DNA of 64,000 nucleotides from NCBI GenBank assembly GCA_016463705.1, contig JAEMQU010000004.1:17812-81811 (forward strand). Reading direction: 5' to 3'. Below the pieces are notes generated by a model. That model was not told where the DNA came from. It was given only the letters and a program-made list of their open reading frames with translations, and did no database searches. Both the position numbers and the translations under genes were made by a program. This document shows, piece after piece, positions 56,091 to 64,000 of this stretch (positions are counted from its first letter, which is position 1; every line of letters starts with the position of its first letter). Source of the DNA: Opitutales bacterium (lineage in GTDB: Bacteria > Verrucomicrobiota > Verrucomicrobiia > Opitutales > UBA953).

Positions 56091-58814
56091 ATGGCCGAAA
56101 TCCCAAAGTCCTACGAACCACAAGGAGTTGAGCAAAACTGGTACGATCGCTGGGTTGCCGCAGGTTGCTTTGCTGGAAAAGTGGACCCTTCTAAAGAGTC
56201 CTTCGCGGTGATGATTCCACCTCCCAATGTCACGGGCGTTTTACACATGGGGCACCTGCTTAACAACACCTTGCAGGATATTATGGTTCGTCGTGCCCGC
56301 CAAGAGGGTAAATCCGTCTTATGGCTTCCGGGAACCGACCATGCCGGTATCGCTACCCAAACTCGTGTTGAAAAAGATTTACGTCAGAATTCAGGTAAGA
56401 CCCGTCATGACCTCGGACGTGAAAAATTTATCGAAGTAGCTTCCGAGTGGCGCGATAAACACGGTGGTATAATTTTAAATCAGCTTCGCAAATTAGGTGC
56501 CTCCTGTGATTGGGATCGCAAAGTGCACACGCTCGACGCCGGTTACTCGCAAGCTGTGCTGCAAGCTTTCGTCACGCTCTATGAACGTGGCTATGTTTAT
56601 CGCGGTAAACGCATGGTTAACTGGTGCCCCGTTTCGCAAACGGGTTTATCCGACGAAGAAGTGATTATGAAGCCTTCTAAAGGCTCATTATATAAAATGC
56701 GTTACGAGGTAGTCGAAAAGCCCGGTACCTATCTTGAAATTTCCACCACCCGTCCCGAAACCATTCCGGGTGATACTGGCGTGGCCGTCCATCCAGAGGA
56801 CGAACGTTATAAAGATTTAATCGGACTCCATGTTTGGCGTCCCTTCCCTCGCGAAAAAATCATTATCGTCGGTGATAACGCAGTCGAAAAAGATTTTGGT
56901 ACGGGAGTACTTAAAGTTACTCCCGCCCACGATCGCACCGACTTCGACATCGGTAAGCGCCATCAATTGGCGGTGATCGACGTCATGAATCCTGATGGCA
57001 CGATGAATGAATTAGCGGGTCCATTAGCTGGCATTGAAAGATTTAAGGCCCGTAATATAGCCGCCAAATTACTCGAAGAACTCGGTGCATTAGTGAAAGT
57101 CGAACCCTATGAAAATACCGTAGGCTATTCTGAACGTGCCGACGTGCCTATCGAACCTCGCCTAAGCGAACAGTGGTTTATTCATTATCCGAAAATCGAA
57201 GAAGCGAAACGTGCGGTGACCTCGGGTATGATTAAATTTCATCCTGAGCGTTGGACCAAAACGTATCTGCACTGGTTAGATAATATTCAAGACTGGTGCG
57301 TCAGTCGTCAATTATGGTGGGGACATCGTATTCCAGTTTGGTATCGCAAAGGTGCTGACCGTAATGATGCGAAGAATCGACACGTCTCACTCACCCCACC
57401 CAACGATCTAGAAAACTGGGAACAAGATCCCGACGTCTTAGACACTTGGGCATCCTCTTGGCTTTGGTGTCTCGCCACGATTGGTTGGCGCAAACCTGGT
57501 GAAACGACCCCTGAACTCAGTCACTGGTATCCAACGGGTGCACTCGCCACGGGACCAGACATTATTTTCCTCTGGGTAGCGCGGATGATTATTGCCGGAC
57601 TCGAATTACACGGTCCCGAAAAGAAAACCCTCACGGACGACGAAATCCGTCAACGCATTCCGTTCAAACGAGTTTATTTCAATGGAATTATCCGCGATAA
57701 ACTCGGCCGTAAAATGTCGAAGTCGCTTGGCAACTCACCTGAGCCGCTGGATTTAATTGCGAAGTTTGGTGCGGATGGACTTCGACTTGGCCTGTTACTC
57801 ATCGCGCCCAAAGGACAGGATATTTTATTCGACGAGGACCATGTTTCACAGGGCAGAAATTTCGTGAACAAACTCTGGAACGCTTCGCGCTTCCGTCAGA
57901 TGTCGGGTCCCATGTTCGATAATTCCTCACTGCACTCGATTGTTAAAAGAATACAACCAACCCAATTAGACGATGATGACTTTGCTATTATTCATGGATT
58001 AGCAGAGTTAACGGATAAAGTAGCCAACCAACTTTCAGAACACGAATTCACGGCCTACGCCAAAGCACTTTATAATTTCTTCTGGGGCGATTTCTGCGAC
58101 TGGTACGTGGAAGCATCCAAAGCACGCTTAGCCGATCCCGCACTTCGTGATAATTGTTTAGCGGTACAAGATTTAGTCATTCGACAATACTTGTTACTCT
58201 TCCACCCCGTCGCTCCGTTTATTTCTGAAGAGCTCTGGCACCTTTTAGGCTATGGTAATGAAGCTGATTTCATTCAGCAACATTCACCCGGTCTCGGGGG
58301 AGACTTGTTAAAGACCCTTCGCGAAAACGGAATCAAACTCATTAACTCTAAGGTCCAAGATGTTGCTCAATTGAGAGAGTTCGTGGTCGCCGTACGTGGT
58401 CTCAAATCGCAAGGCAACCAAGCGAATCGTCGCGATAGCAAAATCGTGGTCTTAGCCAAAGATGCAGCGTCTCAGGCAATCCTTGAAACGAATAAAGATA
58501 AATTATTCCGTGTCGCTGGTCTGCAAGAGATGACCTTTGAAACCCATGCTGCTGATCGTCCCGGCTCGGTGACTCCACTCGGAACGGTCATTCTGGAAAT
58601 GGGTACGAATATCGATGTCGGTGCGGAAAAAATTCGTCTCACTAAAGAACTCGAAAAAATCGAGAAAGCCGTCTCTGCCGGCGAAGCTAAACTTTCCAAC
58701 GAAACTTTCGTCTCCAAAGCCCCGCCAGCAATTCTGGACGGCGCCCGTAAGCAATTAGCCGAATCGGTTGCTAAGCGTGACGAAATTAAACGCATGCTTT
58801 CCTCCTTAAATTAA
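56091..58814 (+). CDS. valS: valine--tRNA ligase
   Basis: PPPNVTGVLHMGHLLN (HIGH), RKMSKSLGN (KMSKS), CVSRQLWWGHRIP, C-terminal coiled coil. Confidence 0.95.
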   Translation: MAEIPKSYEPQGVEQNWYDRWVAAGCFAGKVDPSKESFAVMIPPPNVTGVLHMGHLLNNTLQDIMVRRARQEGKSVLWLPGTDHAGIATQTRVEKDLRQNSGKTRHDLGREKFIEVASEWRDKHGGIILNQLRKLGASCDWDRKVHTLDAGYSQAVLQAFVTLYERGYVYRGKRMVNWCPVSQTGLSDEEVIMKPSKGSLYKMRYEVVEKPGTYLEISTTRPETIPGDTGVAVHPEDERYKDLIGLHVWRPFPREKIIIVGDNAVEKDFGTGVLKVTPAHDRTDFDIGKRHQLAVIDVMNPDGTMNELAGPLAGIERFKARNIAAKLLEELGALVKVEPYENTVGYSERADVPIEPRLSEQWFIHYPKIEEAKRAVTSGMIKFHPERWTKTYLHWLDNIQDWCVSRQLWWGHRIPVWYRKGADRNDAKNRHVSLTPPNDLENWEQDPDVLDTWASSWLWCLATIGWRKPGETTPELSHWYPTGALATGPDIIFLWVARMIIAGLELHGPEKKTLTDDEIRQRIPFKRVYFNGIIRDKLGRKMSKSLGNSPEPLDLIAKFGADGLRLGLLLIAPKGQDILFDEDHVSQGRNFVNKLWNASRFRQMSGPMFDNSSLHSIVKRIQPTQLDDDDFAIIHGLAELTDKVANQLSEHEFTAYAKALYNFFWGDFCDWYVEASKARLADPALRDNCLAVQDLVIRQYLLLFHPVAPFISEELWHLLGYGNEADFIQQHSPGLGGDLLKTLRENGIKLINSKVQDVAQLREFVVAVRGLKSQGNQANRRDSKIVVLAKDAASQAILETNKDKLFRVAGLQEMTFETHAADRPGSVTPLGTVILEMGTNIDVGAEKIRLTKELEKIEKAVSAGEAKLSNETFVSKAPPAILDGARKQLAESVAKRDEIKRMLSSLN

Positions 58815-58818
58815 GACT

Positions 58819-59724
58819 ATGAAACCAACTCTTCTTGTGATGGCCGCTGGCATGGGTTCGCGTTATGGCGGACTTAAGCAAATCGACTCGATGGGACCAT
58901 CGGGCGAAACCATTCTCGATTATTCCGTCTTCGATGCCATTCGCGCTGGCTTTGGTAAGGTCGTATTCATTATCCGACCCGACTTCGAAAAAGATTTTCG
59001 TGAGCGTATTGGTAGTAAATTCTCCAACAAAATCGAAGTAGATTACGCATTTCAAACGATTGATAAATTGCCTCAAGGTTTCACCGTTCCCGCTGGACGG
59101 GAAAAGCCCTGGGGCACAACCCATGCCATTTTATGTGCTCGCGATGTCGTGAAAACTCCTTTCGCGGTGATCAACGCTGACGACTTTTACGGCCGTGATT
59201 CTTACGCGGTACTGGGTCAAAAACTTTCGACGACCGCTAATAACGAAACGCATTACAACATGGTCGGCTTCACTTTAAAAAACACCCTCTCCGATCACGG
59301 TACAGTCGCTCGCGGTGTCTGTCGTCAGAATGACAAAGGTTTTCTGACCGACATCCAAGAGCTTCTGAAAATCGCCAAAACGGATTCGGGTGCGCAAAAC
59401 GTGGCTGACGATGGTACGATTACCAAGCTGAACGGTGATGAAGCAGTCTCGATGAATATGTGGGGCTTCACGCCAAGCATCTTCCCCCAGTTAGAAACAC
59501 TCTTCAAAAAATTCTTAACCGAAAAAGGTGCGGAATTAAAAAGCGAATGTTACATTCCACTGAGCCTCGGTGAAATCGTGAAGAACGGAGATGGCGACTG
59601 TGCCGTCTTGCGGACCAGCTCATCCTGGTTCGGCGTTACCTATCGCGAAGATAAACCCATCGTCCAAGCCAGCATTCAAAAATTGGTTAACGAAGGTTCC
59701 TACCCGTCTAATCTATGGGCTTAG
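58819..59724 (+). CDS. sugar-phosphate nucleotidyltransferase-family protein
   Basis: N-terminal LLVMAAGMGSRYGGLKQ (GxGxR nucleotide-binding loop) and INADDFYG. 301 aa. Substrate unknown. Confidence 0.6.
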   Translation: MKPTLLVMAAGMGSRYGGLKQIDSMGPSGETILDYSVFDAIRAGFGKVVFIIRPDFEKDFRERIGSKFSNKIEVDYAFQTIDKLPQGFTVPAGREKPWGTTHAILCARDVVKTPFAVINADDFYGRDSYAVLGQKLSTTANNETHYNMVGFTLKNTLSDHGTVARGVCRQNDKGFLTDIQELLKIAKTDSGAQNVADDGTITKLNGDEAVSMNMWGFTPSIFPQLETLFKKFLTEKGAELKSECYIPLSLGEIVKNGDGDCAVLRTSSSWFGVTYREDKPIVQASIQKLVNEGSYPSNLWA

Positions 59725-60584
59725 TTCGTGACGCGAAGAGGAGCGACTAAGTAATCGTTCGCACCGTCATCGATATTAATCCAAATTTCGTAATCCCCGG
59801 CGGCTGGTAATTTGAGCTTAAAAGCCAAGGTAGGCTGCGACTCGTACTCTTGACCTTCGAGCGAAGGGTGCATGTGAGCGTAGCCGGTTTTCTTTGGGTC
59901 GGTCGAAAATATTACAGCATGTCCCAAGGTGCCCATAATCGGCTTTAATTTGAGAGCCTGGGATGTCCCGCCCGATGCGAGTTTTACTCTTAAGGTAGCC
60001 GATTCACCTGTCTTATAAGTATTGGTGTTCAGAGAAACTATTTTATTACGACTGACGCGATCGCCTAATTCCGATTCGTTTGACCAAGTTCCATAGGCTT
60101 CTGCTAAAATTGTTCGACCCGACCGTAAGGGCACGAAATCGACATAGGCCTGCAAGGCACCACCAGGATTTCCTTTTAAGAACTCCTCGGGAAATTTAAA
60201 ACGCCAAACGCCAAAATCATCTGAGACTGGATGTAAATGGATGTAATCGTTACGACCGGTATTTTGTTTTAAATGTAAGTGGACTTTTTGGGTATGCGAT
60301 ATGCCGATTTCGTAATCATAATACAATTTACCATCCGTTTTAACTAAGCGCAGCTCGCCATCCTTCTGATTAAATTTAATTTCAGCTTTTACCGGAAATT
60401 GTAAATCTTTCGGGCTATAGAAATTGGCCTGCTCATTCACTCCGCAGAACTCTAGGCCTCTGTCTAATACCGGCTGGTGGTCTACATGTAATAACGCACA
60501 ATGCGTATCGGGTAGTGATTTCAACAAAGCAAATAAGCCGAGTGCGAGTACGGAAATTAAAATAAGCTGACGACGTTTATTCAT
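59721..60584 (-). CDS. secreted His-rich protein with two internally repeated H..V/I..(n)..Y-x-H-[LM]-H-P modules; putative metal (copper) binding
   Basis: Signal/anchor peptide LILISVLALGLFALL. Module 1 is SHTQKVHLHLKQNTGRNDYIHLHP (aa 96-119) and module 2 is GHAVIFSTDPKKTGYAHMHP (aa 221-240). ATGA-type overlap with the SCO-like gene. Confidence 0.5.
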   Translation of the reverse strand: MNKRRQLILISVLALGLFALLKSLPDTHCALLHVDHQPVLDRGLEFCGVNEQANFYSPKDLQFPVKAEIKFNQKDGELRLVKTDGKLYYDYEIGISHTQKVHLHLKQNTGRNDYIHLHPVSDDFGVWRFKFPEEFLKGNPGGALQAYVDFVPLRSGRTILAEAYGTWSNESELGDRVSRNKIVSLNTNTYKTGESATLRVKLASGGTSQALKLKPIMGTLGHAVIFSTDPKKTGYAHMHPSLEGQEYESQPTLAFKLKLPAAGDYEIWINIDDGANDYLVAPLRVTN

Positions 60585-61417
60585 TTCGTAGGAGGCACTT
60601 GATTTAACTTAAGGAAATAATTAGCGACGTCGACCGGGTCAAATTGTGCACCCTCGCGACGGTGAATAATTCGGCCCTCGGGACTAACGATAACCAGTGC
60701 GGCGTTGTGGATAATAGTGCCATCGGACTGAGTCGTGAGGATACCAAACTGACGCATCAAATCCTTGATCTGATTCGCATCACCCGTCAGAAAATTATGG
60801 CGGGCGGAATTAATACCATAACCCGCAGCATAGGTATTCAAGATTCCCGGTGAATCGTTCTGCGGATCAAAACTCACCGATAGGAGTTTAACATTCGCGA
60901 GTTGCGGTGACTTATCCAATTCCTCGGCCAAGCGTTTCATACACTGGGTGGAGGCGGGACACATCAGGGCCACACGACAACGGGTAAAGATAAAGTTAAT
61001 CGCTACGGGGTGACCTAAGAAATCTTTCTTAAGCAAAAGTTTTCCGTTTTGATTCCAGAGAGCCATCGGGGGCATTAAATCATTCGCGCCACGTGAGACG
61101 ATGCGTCCACGTTCAACCGTATCACGGCGCAAAGCATCGGTTACCTCGGCCACTTGTCGCAACTCTTCGGGGTCGGCAGGAAAGATTAAGTCCGCACGAA
61201 TCGCTCCTTGATTTTGCACCAACGTACACTTCACGATTTTTTGCGACCAAGGGATGGCGGCGTCGCCCGGGAGGAGTTGTATCGTCTTAATTTCTTTATT
61301 AGTCTGAAATTGAGCCGTGGATTGAGCGACATCTACCGCAATAATTTTTCCCTCTAGGGTCTGACCGCTCAATGGATTCACGACGAAAAATCCGGCAAAC
61401 AATAAAAAGTATTTCAT
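60581..61417 (-). CDS. SCO1/SenC-family thioredoxin-fold protein with an N-terminal extension and atypical CX5C spacing
   Basis: Signal peptide. PVAINFIFTRCRVALMCPAS sits in the position of the SCO CxxxCP motif, followed by LLSVSFDPQNDSPGILNTYA and the conserved His in TIIHNAALVIVSPEG. Confidence 0.65.
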   Translation of the reverse strand: MKYFLLFAGFFVVNPLSGQTLEGKIIAVDVAQSTAQFQTNKEIKTIQLLPGDAAIPWSQKIVKCTLVQNQGAIRADLIFPADPEELRQVAEVTDALRRDTVERGRIVSRGANDLMPPMALWNQNGKLLLKKDFLGHPVAINFIFTRCRVALMCPASTQCMKRLAEELDKSPQLANVKLLSVSFDPQNDSPGILNTYAAGYGINSARHNFLTGDANQIKDLMRQFGILTTQSDGTIIHNAALVIVSPEGRIIHRREGAQFDPVDVANYFLKLNQVPPTK

Positions 61418-62343
61418 GAATGCGTGGCTTCTTCTGCGATGAGTAGTTGAATCATTCCTTGTCGAACTCCATAGTGAGTAAGATAGAAGGCTTCAGCCTG
61501 AGTCAAATCGGAGAGCACACAAATTGTCAGTAATGCCGCGGGCATGATATCCAAGCGATCAGCCGGAATACCTTTTAACTGCTTTCGCTCCTCGGAAGTT
61601 AATTTACAGATTCGATCCTTTAACTCGCGAATCCGTAAGACGGGGAGTCGACCCGCCACGGGTGCCTCGCCCATGGCTTCGAGATAAAGTGCAATCGCGG
61701 TAAAGGCCCCGCCCGCTCCAATGAGTAAAGAATCTCTGGCTGCTTCATTCAACAAGGCATCTTGAAGTTGAGAGCGAATCATTATCTGAAAGCTTAATTG
61801 ATGTTCTTCATCGATTACTCCGTCGGGGCTGGCTCGTAGTTGAGAAGTTAAACGCACCGAGCCCAGTGGATAACTTCGGGCAAAGGTACATTGTTTACCG
61901 TGCAATTTACTGATCTCTAAACTTCCGCCGCCTAAATCAAAGGCGAGGATGTTTCGGTAATTAGCGTAGACGGGATCCACGCGTACGCCCTGCGCCGCTA
62001 AACGTGCTTCGACTTCACCCGAAATAATGGTTAACGGCATGCCGCAGAGTTCCATAATTTTAGTTGAGAACTCTTCTCGATTTACACATTCGCGGACCGC
62101 ACTCGTGCCCAGGAGAACAATCTTTTGAGCCCCTTTATCTTGCGCAAATTTTACGAGACGAGCCACCGCTTGAGCACCCTGTTCAAGTTTCTCGGGGTGT
62201 AGTCGCACGGGACTTTCCCCCGATGGAAAAAGTCTAACCGATTCCGTTGATCGACCCAACTCTTTCATGCCATGGCTATCAACCACGGTTACCTTGAGGG
62301 AGTTTGACCCAATATCGACAACGGCAAAAATATTTTTCGACAT
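61414..62343 (-). CDS. Ppx/GppA-family phosphatase (exopolyphosphatase / pppGpp phosphohydrolase)
   Basis: FAVVDIGSNSLKVTVV, FDLGGGSLE, and the LGTSAVRE actin-fold ATPase motifs. 309 aa, catalytic N-terminal domains only. Confidence 0.8.
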   Translation of the reverse strand: MSKNIFAVVDIGSNSLKVTVVDSHGMKELGRSTESVRLFPSGESPVRLHPEKLEQGAQAVARLVKFAQDKGAQKIVLLGTSAVRECVNREEFSTKIMELCGMPLTIISGEVEARLAAQGVRVDPVYANYRNILAFDLGGGSLEISKLHGKQCTFARSYPLGSVRLTSQLRASPDGVIDEEHQLSFQIMIRSQLQDALLNEAARDSLLIGAGGAFTAIALYLEAMGEAPVAGRLPVLRIRELKDRICKLTSEERKQLKGIPADRLDIMPAALLTICVLSDLTQAEAFYLTHYGVRQGMIQLLIAEEATHS

Positions 62344-62345
62344 AA

Positions 62346-63311
62346 TTAAAAACTAATCACCCCTTTGAATCCGCCAAAGTAGTGCGTGGTTGCCTGCGTT
62401 TCGAAATCCTTCGTCCGGATGGCCAAATAATAAGTGATCGATGTACGGTAAATACTGGCGGTGGCACCCATAAGAAGTTGTCCAACGATGGGACTTCGAA
62501 TCACGTGCGCAGACTCTCTAAACGTCGTTCCATCCGTCGCATAATTTTTAACCACAAACTCCAGCTGTGCATCGGTGAAAAAGTATGAGGAAAAAGTGTT
62601 AGGATATACGCCGTCCGAACGATAATGGGGACTAAACGCACTGCTGTGTCGAATGGTACCCTGCCCCCAAGTGTCTTGTAGATTTACGCCCCAGCGGACT
62701 TGAGCCCCGAGCGCTAACTGAGTGCGGATAGTGCCTAACTGTAATTTGGCATGGGCGATTACATCGCGTAAATTTCTACCCGAATCATCCCAGACTATTT
62801 TGCGTTTAAATTCGGCGTTTAGATTAAACACCGGCTCAGTGGGAATTTGGCTACCCCATCCAGAGGGTATGCTAACGCCGATGACTTGGTGAAATCGTTC
62901 CTGAATCGTTTCCGCACCCGAAGCTGGACCCGTGACGCCGATTTGCCCTTCGACCGTAAACAGACAATCGCGACGGCCACCTCTTTCCAGCACTTTACCA
63001 TAACCATAAGTTAAATATAAGATACCCGAATAAGGTTGATCGGTATCACTCGGAACCGGATTTTCGGTATCGGCCGGCGTATTAATTTCTTGAGTCAGAG
63101 CCCAATAAAAATTCGGGTCATTTTGAAAATGAATGCGCAAACCCTGCGTGTAATATTTATCGGTACCTTTGGTACCAAATTTATCATTTTCTTCCGTCAG
63201 ACCGACTATCGGGTGGATGCCTTCCGAATCGTGTGAGAGGCGCAGCGTGGGAGCCGAGCTTTGGGCCAATACGGCAGTCGACCAGACTAAATGGAATAAC
63301 GTTCGGCGCAT
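62346..63311 (-). CDS. outer-membrane lipid A deacylase LpxR-family (DUF2219) protein
   Basis: Signal peptide. EENDKFGTKGTDKYYTQGLRIHF resembles the LpxR-family N-terminal motif. Composition is beta-barrel-like, ending in an aromatic residue (ISF). Confidence 0.55.
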   Translation of the reverse strand: MRRTLFHLVWSTAVLAQSSAPTLRLSHDSEGIHPIVGLTEENDKFGTKGTDKYYTQGLRIHFQNDPNFYWALTQEINTPADTENPVPSDTDQPYSGILYLTYGYGKVLERGGRRDCLFTVEGQIGVTGPASGAETIQERFHQVIGVSIPSGWGSQIPTEPVFNLNAEFKRKIVWDDSGRNLRDVIAHAKLQLGTIRTQLALGAQVRWGVNLQDTWGQGTIRHSSAFSPHYRSDGVYPNTFSSYFFTDAQLEFVVKNYATDGTTFRESAHVIRSPIVGQLLMGATASIYRTSITYYLAIRTKDFETQATTHYFGGFKGVISF

Positions 63312-63402
63312 TTAAGGGAGGGTCAGCAAATCGATATTAGGCACGAGGGACAATGCCTTTCTGCTTGTTTAATGAGGGTCGCCCAAGTATCTGATTATCA
63401 GG

Positions 63403-64000
63403 ATGTCAGAGAAATCAGCACGTCAGGCCAGCATTTCGACCGAAAACCAGACGGGCGGACTGACTATTATCAAAATAGGTGGCTCCTGGCGGATTGATCA
63501 GCCACTTCCTAGTCTAAATTTCAAGGGCGATCAGGTTAAAATTGTCAGCGACGGCTTAGAAGATTTCGACTCCGCACTCCCCTCCTGGATTCACCATAAT
63601 TTTAAAAATGTTCGAGAACTAGATTTGTCCGAACTACCTAAGCGACTGCAATCCCTCGTCCGCCTAGCCGAAAAAAATACGCAATGGAAATCGGAAGATG
63701 AAAAACCCAATCTCTTGGAAAATTTTGGCGTATGGGGAATCGAAAGTTACAGCTCGTGGGGTCGCGCGATGGACCACATCGGCCAAACGAGTACAGGTTT
63801 ATTCCGAACACTGATTGGCCGAAGCAAAGTCAACTGGAGCGACTTCACCTTACAATTACAAACCGCGGGCGTGGATGCCCTGCCCATCGTCGCCCTACTC
63901 GGTTTTTTGACCGGACTGATTATGGCTTATGTCGGATTAATCCAATTACGCCAAGTGGGCGCTACCGTTTATGTCGCCAATTTAGTGGCCCTCGCAATGA
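63403..64000 (+). CDS. MlaE-family ABC transporter permease with a ~110-aa N-terminal extension; 3' end beyond the window
   Basis: Not in the ORF track because no stop falls in the window. My translation from ATG 63403 gives MSEKSARQAS...FRTLIGRSKVNWSDFTLQLQTAGVDALPIVALLGFLTGLIMAYVGLIQLRQVGATVYVANLVALAM, which matches the MlaE/YrbE N-terminal core. Confidence 0.75.
   Translation, partial: MSEKSARQASISTENQTGGLTIIKIGGSWRIDQPLPSLNFKGDQVKIVSDGLEDFDSALPSWIHHNFKNVRELDLSELPKRLQSLVRLAEKNTQWKSEDEKPNLLENFGVWGIESYSSWGRAMDHIGQTSTGLFRTLIGRSKVNWSDFTLQLQTAGVDALPIVALLGFLTGLIMAYVGLIQLRQVGATVYVANLVALAM

Noticed and set aside
1-64000. A search for CRISPR arrays, tRNA or rRNA genes, transposases or integrases, prophage genes and toxin-antitoxin pairs.
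   Set aside because: No spacer longer than about 200 nt exists, and I saw no tandem repeats of 25-40 nt. No ORF has recombinase, transposase or phage hallmarks. The PIN domain present is fused to PhoH (YlaK-type) and is not part of a VapBC pair.

Overview
This is a densely packed 64-kb chromosomal core segment with about 57 protein genes on both strands, one small RNA and very short spacers. All calls come from motif recognition by eye on the supplied ORF translations. No BLAST, HMM or folding was run, and GC content was not computed. Gene content suggests a PVC-type (Verrucomicrobiota/Planctomycetota-like) Gram-negative. The pointers are a Minf_1886-like protein, a DciA/DUF721 domain, lpxK, an LpxR-like protein, MlaE, and biosynthetic genes scattered singly (hisF, hisC, trpC, menF, panD, panE, nadB, ribE). 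In order, the window contains the following.
- 1-9249: a 6-deoxyhexose (rhamnose/fucose-type) catabolic operon. It holds a DeoR regulator tail, a FucI-fold isomerase, a class II aldolase-fold protein, rhamnulokinase, a RhaEW-like aldolase/SDR fusion and lutABC.
- 9351-11120: an orphan 589-aa cytoplasmic protein.
- 11215-24179: metG, menF, dtd, hisF, a CNNM/TlyC-type protein, nadB, panE, a lipoprotein, a HAD-DciA fusion, a Minf_1886-like protein, hisC, an RmlD-like SDR and a lipoate/biotin-ligase-fold protein.
- 24168-38215: mutS, PIN-PhoH, DUF971, recR, an Rsm22-like methyltransferase, ppk1, lpxK, panD, a class V aminotransferase and topoisomerase III.
- 38212-40967: an operon of acylphosphatase, ABC ATPase, ABC-2 permease and a membrane protein.
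- 41032-50208: tatA, ribE, an operon of DUF374, Nudix, DUF45 and MazG, then trpC, rsmA, rimO and an SNF2 helicase.
- 50341-59724: sucA-sucB-lpd, SRP RNA (minus strand, not in the ORF track), valS and a nucleotidyltransferase.
- 59721-64000: an operon of an LpxR-like protein, Ppx/GppA, an SCO-like protein and a His-rich secreted protein, then a 3'-truncated mlaE-like gene.
I see no rRNA, tRNA, CRISPR array, transposase or integrase, phage genes or recognisable defence island. I did not find a convincing new multi-gene system. The best leads are the HAD-DciA fusion, the non-canonical isomerase and doubled aldolase in the deoxy-sugar operon, the SCO(CX5C)/His-rich pair inside an odd four-gene operon, and the acylphosphatase-led ABC-2 operon. 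A further lead is that all nine convergent protein-gene junctions overlap or abut.
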